Below, piece by piece: positions 1 to 10,349 of a stretch of 64,000 bases of DNA (the stretch's first letter is position 1; each line of letters begins with the position of its first letter). The DNA comes from Anthoceros angustus (lineage: Eukaryota; Plantae; Anthocerotophyta). The DNA lies in contig MU008158.1 in NCBI GenBank assembly GCA_010909165.1, positions 180,396 through 244,395 on the forward strand, read 5' to 3'. The notes beneath the pieces are model-generated. The model saw only the letters and a list, made by a program, of their open reading frames with translations. It did not search any database and was not told the origin of the DNA. The translations under genes were made by a program, and so were the position numbers.

Positions 1-476
1 CCATGACATGTATATGCATGTTATGGGCCAAGGACATGACATGACCATGGGCCATGACATGGACGCACAGCTCGAGGCCCAAGGACAAATAGTTCCTTGG
101 GCAATGACAAGCGGTGGCATTTGTCCTTGGCCCTCGAAATGACTGTGAATGTTCTTGGCCGTCGAAATGTGTGTGCGAGAATTTGGTGACTATATATGTC
201 TACGAGTGATAAGTGTGGTCATCAGTTGATTAGGTCCCACTTGTTATAATGAGGAGTTCAGACATAAGGGGAAGGCGATGAGGTGGCAAACTTTGAATGG
301 CGCCGCATGCGCATGGCGGGCATGCGCATCGCACGATGTCCGGAGACATGGCCTATTACTTCATGACCGTCAAGTGTTACTTCCACTTGCATCTTTTCAA
401 TCGTCACCTTGCGGTTGCAATTCTTTTTGTCTCGGTTCGCTCCTGTTCAGGCTTTCGACTTTGCGCGGTTACAAAG

Positions 477-2174
477 ATGGTGTGGGACGTGGACTTCGAG
501 GATTTGGATGAGGCTGTCCGCCTAAGCCTGGCACCGACTTCAACCTGCCGTGACACACCCGCCGGTGAAGATGGCGTTCCGGCCGCGCAGTCAAAGGAGG
601 GCGTCACGCCGTCTGCAGGCAGTGGCAATGGCGACTATGGCGACAGCGCGGCTGGTGGTGGGCAAGCACTCGAGTGAAAGGGACCACGTGCGCGGCAGCT
701 GGTCATGGAAGTGTCACGGCTCCGGCGGTGGGAAACGGCGAAGCCCGGGAGGTGGAAACGGTGGGTGGACCCATAGAGGCCGGGCGGCTCCATCCGAGGC
801 AGCGGGGAGGCGTGGCGGAGGGTGGCACAGTGACAACACAGCGCCACCATGAAGATGGGCAGGCAAGTGTCCCTTCCAAGGTTGCGGAGGAGGCAGGTGA
901 TGGCGATGCCCAGCAAGTTGCCCCTGTCGAGGGTGGGGATGGGAAGGAAGATGCTTCCCACCATCAACCCCCCGGGAGGAGCGCACCGCTCCTATGGGCA
1001 TTCTTGGCTGCTCAGGGGTTTTGGTCCTCTGGAGTGGCAGGAGGTGGCCCTTCCCGTGGAGCAGGTGGCTGGTCCTCGGGATGAGCGAACATCGGTCCCC
1101 CGCCCTTGTGGCATGGATGCCCTAGCAAGTGCGCCTACTGGGGCCGCCCATCCCGCCTCCGGAAGCGTGGACCACTTGCCTATGCCGACGGCAATGCGAG
1201 CGAGGTGCACGCGAGCCAAGGAGAGGAAGGGCATGCTCCCGACCTCCACTGTGAAGAACAACTGGATGTGGGAGATGAGGACAGGGTTGAGGGGGCAAGC
1301 CAGCCAGAGGCCGAGACGGCCGACTCCGAGGCGGATGGAAATGGCGAGGACGAGGACAATTGCGAGGATGAGGCTGAGGTGGGTGATATGGAAGAACGGG
1401 TGGCGACGTCCCCCACCACCGCAACTCCGGCAGAGATAGGAGAACTCACCACAGTACGGCGGTAAGCAACTCGGCAGCGTCATTCTTTGTGTGTGCTCCA
1501 CAGGCGGGAGGAGTGTTTATGGTATCGGCCGCTGCGATGGAGGTTGGGTCGAAAATGAGGATCGGTGTGGAGGATGAAGAAGCACTGTTGAGGAGGGCCT
1601 TCCATCAGCGTGTCTTGGAGCTAGTGTGTGCGAAGATGACGTTGATGGTGCCGTGGACAAGCCATGACGAGAGTTTGAGGGAGAGGCTGGTGAGTATGGT
1701 AGAGGTTGAGTTTCCAGGTATCGACCGGATGAGATTGTGGCAAGGTTTGCAGGTGCATCACGGACAAGGAACCACAACGTAGGGAAGAAGGTGAGGCAAG
1801 CTGCATTGATATGGAGGGAGAAGGGTAAGGATGCGAAATGGCTCCATCCGCCGAATGTCACGAAGGCATGGAGGAAGGCCGTGGGCGGGGGTGGTTACGT
1901 TGCACAAGAATGGGGGGGTGTGGCCAACACCTCGCAGCGCCGCGTCGCAAGGCCGGCAAAGCATGATCAAGGGACCAATCCCTTTGGTCCACTAGGGGCG
2001 AAAGATTTTGAAAGGAAGTTCGTGCAACGGTGGGGAGGGAGCGCAACGGTAGAGGAGCTGCGGTGGGCAGCGAGGAATGGCTTGGAGAACATGCCGGAGT
2101 ATTGGAGAGGTAAGGGAAAAGGCATGACGGTGGCAGTGAGAGGGCAAGTGGGCGAGGCAACGCTTGTCGACTGA
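477..2174 (+). pseudogene. Disrupted long ORF: acidic low-complexity N-terminal region plus a C-terminal helical domain, function unknown
   Basis: ORFs 297-677, 674-1084 and 1106-1465 share one frame separated by single stops. Protein-like text continues in 1489-1782 and 1737-2174 (LRRAFHQRVLELV...WLHPPNVTKAWRKAV). Possible short GT-AG intron at 1462-1503. Confidence 0.35.
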
Positions 2175-3260
2175 TGTGATCACCTGGAGTGGCATGTGCA
2201 GGATGCTTGGAGACGGGAATGCAAGAGGGAAGCAATGGACAGAGGCGAGGGGACAGTACACATGCAGGCGTTGAAGAGGGTGGGGGGGACAACGAGGGAG
2301 AGGGAGGGAAGACAGTTGCTGGTGGGCAGCTGGAAGAAGGGGGACAACAATGGAAGTGGTGGCACCGACACGGAGGATCACACGGAGCGTGTCGAAAAGT
2401 GTAAGTGCAAATGTGTAACATGTCATGCAAATGGCGTAATGGCGAAAAATTGCGTGCTTTGTTGCAGCCATGGTGGTCGAAAAGAAGGAAGCTGTGGAAG
2501 GATGTGTGGGAAAGCAGAGCGTGAGGCGTGAGCAAGGGAAGAGAAAGCGGGCACCAAGCATGACACCAACAAGCAAAGGAAGAAAACGGGTTCTACACGG
2601 AAGAAGAAGAAGAATCCTCCGAGGACAACCAATGAGTGTAGGGGTGTCTGCAAGAAGCCTAAGTAGCATAGGATTTAGTTTTATGTAGGAAGAAAGTGAG
2701 GGCTTCGATGAGTTAGCGCCATCTAGATGAATGTGTGGTTGGAGCGCTGGTGATGTGAAGGCGAAAGGGAGAAGCTTGTGGCTCGAATCGATGACTCAAG
2801 AATACAATTGTGACATTGCCGCTTTTGTGACACAAGCGAGAATTGGTAGGTGTGGGTTGAAGCACGATTGCTAGGTTTCGCATGTGTGAAAAGACGACCA
2901 GACGGGTTGGGGAAACGACGACGCCATTGCTCATGGGTACCGGACAAAAGCATGGGATTAGTCCTCATGTACCACCCTTTCCCAATTTCGTGACATCAAG
3001 GTATGTATGTATAAAGGAACCTAGTTGTCCATGCACTCGCGTTGGTGGAGTGGAGGAGGCATGGTGACGAACAAGCGGTCATGTTCGGTTAAGTCAAACG
3101 ATTTTGCAACGCAAGAACAAGAGGTAACGGAGGCGCCAAGAATGCGATAGCAAAGACCAAAGAAGAGAACGATTGCGGTCAAGAATGCGACCAGACAAGA
3201 TATATCCGTGTAATGGAAATAAAAATCAGATAATCCGGTGTTCATGTACAAATACCTACC

Positions 3261-3369
3261 TACAAGTAGGTACCAGACGTATGAAGGTAAATCCAGATTC
3301 TACAAGTAGGTACCAGACGTATGAAGGTAAATCCAGATTCTACAAGTAGGTACTGACGTATGAAGGTAA
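3261..3369. repeat. 40-bp tandem repeat, about 2.7 copies
   Basis: tacaagtaggtaccagacgtatgaaggtaaatccagattc starts at 3261, 3301 and (partial) 3341. Confidence 0.95.
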
Positions 3370-3400
3370 TGTGTATTCTATCTCTCAAGATATCGTGCAA

Positions 3401-3484
3401 AAGCCATAAACAAATAGTATACAAGCCAATAATAGCTATGGTAAGCCATAAACAATTAGTATACAAGCCAATAATAGCTATGGT
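3401..3484. repeat. 42-bp tandem repeat, 2 copies
   Basis: aagccataaacaa(a/t)tagtatacaagccaataatagctatggt at 3401 and 3443. Confidence 0.9.
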
Positions 3485-3714
3485 AGGGAAAAAAGGTTGA
3501 TATAGGAATTATGGCTGTCAGGTGGTAGAGGAAGGAGACAATTAATGAGAGACAATTAATGAGCATGTTACTGTGATATCCAGGTTTGGGCGCCATTAAC
3601 AATAGTTGTGAAGAGAGAGTGCAATGAAGAGCAATAGGAAAAACATTAACTAATTGTACTTCCAATGGGGTGTAATAAAGAGGGGGACTGATAGAGAAGA
3701 GAGAGAGGGGTCCT

Positions 3715-3928
3715 TGTTACAGTCATGTTGCATTTGCATGAGGGAATTCATAAACAATGCGTATGAGAGAGGGGATGTAGTTAAGAGGGTGAAGTGGTAG
3801 GAGAGAGAGCAAGGTTCGTGTTAAGATTGTAGGCCCAATGCGGAAAGAAATGACAAACTTAATACCAAGCCTCCAAATGATGTTGCAAGTTACAAGTGTA
3901 ACATAAAATTGCAACAACGACTGTAACA
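3715..3928 (+). mobile_element. 214-bp TG...CA unit with inverted termini (LTR-like or MITE)
   Basis: Starts tgttacagtcatgttgcattt; the reverse complement of its end is tgttacagtcgttgttgcaatt. A purine tract (agagaagagagagagggg) lies just upstream. No TSD seen. Confidence 0.45.
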
Positions 3929-3945
3929 TAGGGGGCCATTTCTAG

Positions 3946-4038
3946 TAGGGTTTAGGGTTTAGGGTTTAGGGTTTAGGGTTTAGGGTTTAGGGTTTAGGGT
4001 TTAGGGTTTAGGGTTTAGGGTTTAGGGTTTAGGGTTTA
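3946..4038 (+). repeat. Interstitial telomeric repeat (TTTAGGG)n
   Basis: 12 perfect TTTAGGG units at 3951-4034 plus partial units on both sides. Confidence 0.98.
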
Positions 4039-4087
4039 CCTCAGGTATCTACTGCAGATGCCATTTTTCCTCTTTGGTATTTTTGGG

Positions 4088-4914
4088 TTAGCTACTCCCA
4101 AAATTACTAAGATTCGGTGATGGCTTTGCAGGGGTTAGAAGACTCAAGACTTCAAACATGTAATGCACATGCGGCTCGATTCTGATATGTTGTGACATCG
4201 AGTCATCGTCTGATTCTAGCGTCGACTCTTGTTGTTGAATTCTGTTTCTGATTTTCTGATTTCTAATCTCCCACTTATTGTAAGCATATATAGAGCAGGA
4301 TGGACAAGAATTAGGACTTCCAAACATATGTTTTTACTTGTTTTCGTTGCATGCTTGAGCTACACCTCCTGTCTGAGGTTAGCAAGCAAAGATGGTTTTA
4401 ACAAGGTAAGAAGCTTGAAATCCAAGTGACTTATCTGCTCTTGCAAATCTCTCAAGTCTACACTGTTAGCAGATACCTTGTGCATGATACTACTAAAGCG
4501 TGTGTCCACATGTTGCTGATGTGACTCAATCCTGTTCACTAACTGTGCAACACTGGCAGGTGGAGAGACATGCGTTGTTAGAAAACCTCTAGGGTTACCA
4601 TTCCCATCAAAGGCTCTCTGAACACGAACTTCTGGGAGATTGTCAGGATTGCGGGGTGGAAGGGCAACCACCAAGTGGCGCTGTTCAGGATAAATCACTT
4701 CAATCAAGGTATTGAAAGATTCCCTTACTTCAAGTGCAAGGACAGGCTGGTCTTGTATTGTAGCAATCCATTCGGTCACATGTTGATGAAGCTGACCAGC
4801 AATTGCGTTTCTTGCAGCTTGTGCTCCTTGCCTCCTGCGGCGATTTTGAGGTTGTGGAATCGCTCAGCAGGGCGAGGCTGCCACTGGTGCCCGACCAATT
4901 GATTGGCCATTCAT
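4088..4914 (-). pseudogene. Orphan coiled-coil protein with Cys/His cluster; resembles the upstream ORF of Copia B
   Basis: ATG at 4914 is in frame with ORF 4360-4779, with one TGA between them. A frameshifted continuation is 4088-4327 (C-x5-H-x6-CPSC). Heptad segment LQEQISHLDFKLLTLLKP. Confidence 0.45.
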
Positions 4915-4920
4915 CAGGCC

Positions 4921-5115
4921 AAATTTTTGTGTTGTTAAATGTTCATTGTATTTATATAAATATGTCTAACAATCTACCTGCAGATTAGGTAGTTGTCCTA
5001 GCGCATATCTCCTGAGATTGCTTTAAAAAGCAATCCAGGAAAAATGCGCCAGGATCACTTCCTTAATTTGCCAGGAATTGTTGGATTTTTATATAAATAA
5101 ACAACAAAAAATATG
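4921..5115. repeat. ~195-bp imperfect palindrome (foldback)
   Basis: Arms pair around ttt|aaa near 5024: gcgcatatctcctgagattgcttt with aaagcaatccaggaaaaatgcgc, and tatttatataaa...aacaat with attgttggatttttatataaata. A separate perfect 22-bp palindrome lies at 5130-5151. Confidence 0.8.
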
Positions 5116-6769
5116 TTCTTTAAAAGTTTTGTTTTCTTGATCAAGAAAACATTTTTCTAAATCAAAAGAACAACAAAACTTTACGTAAATGCATTCTTTT
5201 TAAATGCATTCTGTAATATGCATCAAATAACATGAAGATTGCATATAACAGCTGCGATACCATTTTAAATTATAAGAATATGCAGATTAAATCAACATGT
5301 TAATCAATTACATCTGAAATGTATATTAAAGAACATTGACGAATGAGTTCTGAAAGTGAGTTTTTAAATAAACTCAAAAGACACGTCTAATGGGCGTAAC
5401 CCTAACCAAACGTTGTGACTTATTAATCTCACTTAAGCTAACCAAACGTGCCCTAAATATAATCAGCATAGATATGCGAATACTCTTTAACATGAGTGCT
5501 ATGCCCTAGGTGTTGCGGCCGTTGCTAGGCCCTAGATGTTTGCGATTGATTGATGGTTCGGTTGATTGTGTGATTGTTGTGAGCTCTATTACATGTTCGT
5601 GAGTCCATTTTCATCTCTGATTCTTTGCTTATACGCTTTTCGGTTGGGCTTCTTCCGGCTGAGGATCTCCTTGACTTTTGAGTCTTGAGTTGGTGTGGGC
5701 GTTAGTTTGGTGGTTGGCGGTGGTCACGTGGGTTGCACCCTCTTGGCTGGGGCCCTTTGGCGGCCTTTTGGGGTTCGCCATACAGACTCAAACTCTGTAT
5801 GTCCGGTCAGTGAGGTCATTTGCCCTCGGTCCCGGTACCTCTTGACCTGTTACCCTTCAAGCTGGCGTTTGCAGGCCCTTTTCGCCCCCATCCAATGGGG
5901 CGATCCACACCCTCCGTGTTGTCAGGACACTCCTTGTCGATCATGCTCAACTCTCTGCGGCGTCAAGGGGTGAAACTCACCTCGGGCACATGCATAAAGA
6001 TTTCGACCAGACTACAGGCTGCCCAAGTGCAGCTGCGACCTCCTCCACGTCCATTGCCCGGCTTTGCCATAGCTTTCTCCTTGTGGTGCCTCTTTCTTCA
6101 CAGGAATGGTTGCGGTCTTGGATCACATCCTTGGGATGTTGAAACCCGCTTTCCATGTCCGCGTATCTTCCGAGCTTCCTCGGCACCTTCACGATGATGC
6201 CGTCGGCATTTCGTCTTCCCTAGATCGCCTTGCACTCGATCCGGGATGAGTTAGCTTGGTGTCTCCTCCTTCTTCTCCCGATGGTGTCTTGATTGCACTA
6301 GGGGGGCTTGAGCAAGTGAAGTTGCTAGCCGTCTTGACGTTTTTGTGGCGGGCGGCTCTTGAGAGGAGGTGTGCGTCTTTGCCAAGTCCGGCGGAATCTG
6401 CTCGGCCGGTTGGAGCAGTGCGGGTAATGCAACAAACCTCGCGGCAAGTTGCTTGGCAGTGGTGAATATGCCGTATAGGGCTCTTCGACCCGCCCCTTGG
6501 CCTCCGCTCAAGAGACAATTGCTGCCCTCCGTGCCTCCATCCGCCACCTAAGGATGCCATTCCCGGACATATCCGACTATGTCCCGAGGATCCTTCTCCT
6601 GACCGGCGGCTTTTGCTCGCCTCTCCACAACCCTCGCCTTTCATCTCCGGCTTGTCGGAATGGTGTTCGAACACCTTAGGGACCTCTTTCTCCTCAAGAT
6701 CCATCTAGCGGCTTTCGAGCTCTTTTCTCTGCTGCTGCGGTGGCTCGTGGAGATGCCTCACCGGATTTC

Positions 6770-7600
6770 AGTTCAGCCTAGTAGGCTTGTCGCTATGGAC
6801 AAGCTCCTGCCTCGGCGCCCACTGCGGTTGGGAGGCCTTCATGCGGCTACTCACCGACTATCGCCCGCAGCCGCCTCCCTTCTCCACTGGACCGGCGGCT
6901 TTTGCTCGCTCTCTCCACAACCCTCGTCTTTCATCTGCGGTTTGTCGGGAATGGTGTTCGAACACCTTAGGGACCTCTTTCTCCCGAAGATCCATCTAGC
7001 GGCTTTCGAGCTCTTTTCTCAGGCTGCTGCGGTGGCTCGTGGAGAGATGCCTCACGATTTGGTTCTTGCGGCTAGTAGGCTTGTCGCTATGGACAAGCAC
7101 ACTTTTTCAGGCGTCGCCCACTCGCGGTTGGGAGGCCTTCATGCACTCGGCCCTATATCTGATGCGCTCCCTTCTCCAAGAAGACTTCAACCCCTTCAAT
7201 TTGGCATTGCCACTCACACTGCAGTGCAGTGGTGCTAGGGGTGAAAGCTTGCCTTGATACCCACCCGGATTGGGTAGTCTTACGGTGGATGTCGAGAACG
7301 CCTTCAATACCATTTCCGGGCGTCATCTTTGAGGAGCTTAGGGATCTTGGCGGCGTCTAGAGTCTTATACCCTTTGTCCGGTTTACCGGAGGTCCTCCAA
7401 CCTCTACTACCGGCACAACGTCTCTTGAGTTTCGTCTCGTCTTGGAATCGGCCACGGTGCAGGCAAGGCGACCCGCTAGGCGGTGCTCTTCGCTATTGCT
7501 CACTATAGGGCCTGTCTGGGGCCGCCCTCTCCAGCCATGTGTCTTCCCTTGTTGGCGGGGCATTCTCACATCCTCGGGCACAGGGACAAAGTCAAGGAGG
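6770..7600 (+). pseudogene. Reverse transcriptase domain of the CRE-like element
   Basis: The motifs are spread over several frames (for example gatgtcgagaacgccttcaatacc = DVENAFNT near 7288; caaggcgacccgctaggc = QGDPLG near 7464). Confidence 0.85.
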
Positions 7601-8399
7601 CCTTTGAGATATTCTCTTCGAGCTTTCGTTGGTGGGCTTGAAGGTCAAGATGTCCAAGTGCCGTGGTCCCGTCGGGATCACGCCTACTGCGGTTTCTGCT
7701 GGGGAGATTGCTCGGCTCTTGATGCAGTTCTTGGGGTCCCTTGGTTCCCCGACTTCATTGGGAGCTCGGACAAGGCCCTTGCAGAGGACCTCTCCCATAT
7801 TGAAGACCTCCCTTTCTTTGGAGGATGCTCGGGTGGCCTTTGGAATCCTTTTCCTTCATTTTTGCTAGGCGCCTGGTACCTCATCCGTCTGCGTCTCGGT
7901 CCTTTTGTCCCGGCCCGGGTTTGATCTGAAGATTATGGATACTCTTGGGGACATCTTGGGCTCGGGGCTTTTGAGTGCCACAGGGGCGACTGGCAGCAAG
8001 CATCCCCGCCTGCAATTTGGAGGCGAGGACTGCCTCATCGAGGTCTCTTCCCGGCGGCTTTCTTGGGAGTTGGGCCCTCTCCGCCTTGGCTTCCGTTTCA
8101 TCCTCCATGACAAGCCCTTTCTCGAGGATCTCGTATCAAGTGTGGAGGAGGGAACCTTCTCTCCAATCGCCCTTGAGTGTGCCAGACATGTTATCGCAGA
8201 TGCTCAAGGACTTCCTCCTTTCTACATTTATCATCGATGGCTTTAGGGATTGCGCATCTCGCCGAGAAGCGCCGCCAGCTTTTCATTCTCCAGACCCTCC
8301 ATCTCTGTGTCCACTAGAGCCCGCCTTGTTCTCGGGAAGGGAGCGTGCTTGGCTACCGCCCCATGCATACGGGATTTCACATCGCACCAACCACCTTCA

Positions 8400-10060
8400 C
8401 TATCGCGATGCGATTCCGCTCCTACTCCCACTGCGGGCTTCTTCGCCTCACTTGTGAGTGCGGCTCGCCTGACGCCTCGTGTCCACCTTGCTCGTTGTCC
8501 CCACGGGTCATCGATTGCCACCACGACGCCATCCGTGACGCCATGTTTGCCATTGCTCGCGAAAGTGGCTATATGGCCCGGAGGGAGCGGAGTATACTCT
8601 TCTGTGTCGCTCAATCGTCCTTGAGGCGGGCCGGAGACATGTTATCGGGATGCTCGGAAGGACTTCCTCCTTTCTACATTTATCATCGATGGCTTTAGGG
8701 ATTGCGAGGCATCTCGGCGGCTCGGCCGGGCTTTTGATCATCCTCGGGACCCCTCCATCTCTGTGTCCACTAGAGCCCGCCTTGTTCTCGGGAAGGGAGC
8801 GTGCTTGGCTACCGCCCCATGCATACGGGATTTCACATCGCACCAACCACCTTCACTATCGCGATGCGATTCCGCTCCTACTCCCACTGCGGGCTTCTTC
8901 GCCTCACTTGTGAGTGCGGCTCGCTCTTGTTGCAGGAAGGAGGCGGTGCTTAGCTCTTGGCCGCCCATGCATACGGGATTTCACATCGCACCAACCACCT
9001 TCACTCTGCGATGCGATTCCGCCTACTACCCACCGTGGCTTCTTCGCCTCACTTGTGAGTGCGGCTCTGCTCTTAGCGTCTGGTGTCCACCTTGCTCGTT
9101 GTCCCCACGGGTCATCGATTGCCACCACGACGCCATCCGTGACGCCATGTTTGCCATTGCTCGCGAAAGTGGCTATATGGCCCGGAGGGAGCGGAGTATA
9201 CTCTTCTGTGTCGCTCAATCGTCCTTGAGGCGGGCCGGAGACATGTTATCGGGATGCTCGGAAGGACTTCCTCCTTTCTACATTTATCATCGATGGCTTT
9301 AGGGATTGCGCATCTCGCCGAGAAGCGCCGCCAGCTTTTCATTCTCCAGACCCTCCATCTCTGTGTCCACTAGAGCCCGCCTTGTTCTCGGGAAGGGAGC
9401 GTGCTTGGCTACCGCCCCATGCATACGGGATTTCACATCGCACCAACCACCTTCACTATCGCGATGCGATTCCGCTCCTACTCCCACTGCGGGCTTCTTC
9501 GCCTCACTTGTGAGTGCGGCTCGCTCTTGTTGCAGGAAGGAGGCGGGTGCTTAGCTCTTGGCCGCCCATGCATACGGGATTTCACATCGCACCAACCACC
9601 TTCACTCTGCGATGCGATTCCGTCTCGGCCTACTCCGGACTGTGGCTTCTTCGCTCCTCACTTGTGAGTGCGGCTCTGCTCTTAGCGTCTGGTGTCCACC
9701 TTGCTCGTTGTCCCCACGGGTCATCGATTGCCACTCATGGCGCCATCCGTGACGCCATGTTTGCCATTGCTTTCAGTGGCTATATGGCCCGGAGGGAGCG
9801 GAGTATACTCTTCTTCTGGTCGTTCAATCGGGCGGACTTATACCTTGTCGTGGCGACGAGGTTGTGGTGGCGGATGTAGTGGTTACCGACCGCACGTGAC
9901 GCCACCTCCGCCAGTCATCACCAATCCGGTGGGTTGCTGCCGTCTGGCTCTCAAGGTCCGCAAGTATAGCGGGATGCAAGCGGGCCACCTCTTTATCCCG
10001 CTTGCTCTAAAGCGTATGGGGCAATGGTGACTTTGACAAATTCATCAAGTCTTGTGCCAA
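8400..10060 (+). pseudogene. CCHC knuckle and restriction-like endonuclease of the CRE-like element; knuckle region present in 3-4 partial copies
   Basis: CECG/HDAIRDAMFAIA recurs near 8455, 9055 and 9660. The RADL...KVRKYSG...FIPLA endonuclease motifs occur once, at 9830-10020. Confidence 0.8.
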
Positions 10061-10349
10061 AGCTTACCATGTGGAGGCATAGTCGTGTCCTCTCGTACTT
10101 CACATACTTCCGGCGGGTTTCTATTGCTCTTCAGGCGCTCTCAGCGATTCTCCATAAGGCGACGGTGGTGATGCCTTTTCCTCTTCCTCTGTGGTTTGCG
10201 GGCCGTTTATTCTACGCATATGACATTGTAGTGATTGGTCACTTTAGGTAGGGAGCTCAGTTGCTCCTCTTCACTCCGACCCCGGGATCCCCATTTGTTG
10301 TCCCTTCCTAGATGGTCTCTTTCCATCGTTCTTTCACCTCAATAAATCA

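Larger units (their letters stand above)
5500..10345 (+). mobile_element. CRE-clade (R2-group) non-LTR retrotransposon, frameshifted, with internal duplications
   Basis: N-terminal C2H2 finger CRSC...HLGHMH (~5935-5995). RT motifs ASRLVAMDK, PxAVGEAFMRL, QFGIAT, DVENAFNTIS, RQGDPLGGALFAIAH. C-terminal CECG...HLARCPHGS...HDAIRD knuckle, then RADL...ADVVVTD and KY...GHLFIPLA restriction-like endonuclease motifs. Boundaries approximate. Confidence 0.85.

Noticed and set aside
3261-3369. CRISPR-like look of the 40-bp repeats (likewise the 34-bp and 57-bp arrays)
   Set aside because: Units are head-to-tail with no unique spacers, the context is eukaryotic, and there are no cas genes.
5380-5470. 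ccctaacc and ccctaaa motifs as a telomeric target site of the CRE element
   Set aside because: Isolated single motifs, not a tandem tract, and no matching repeat at the element 3' end.
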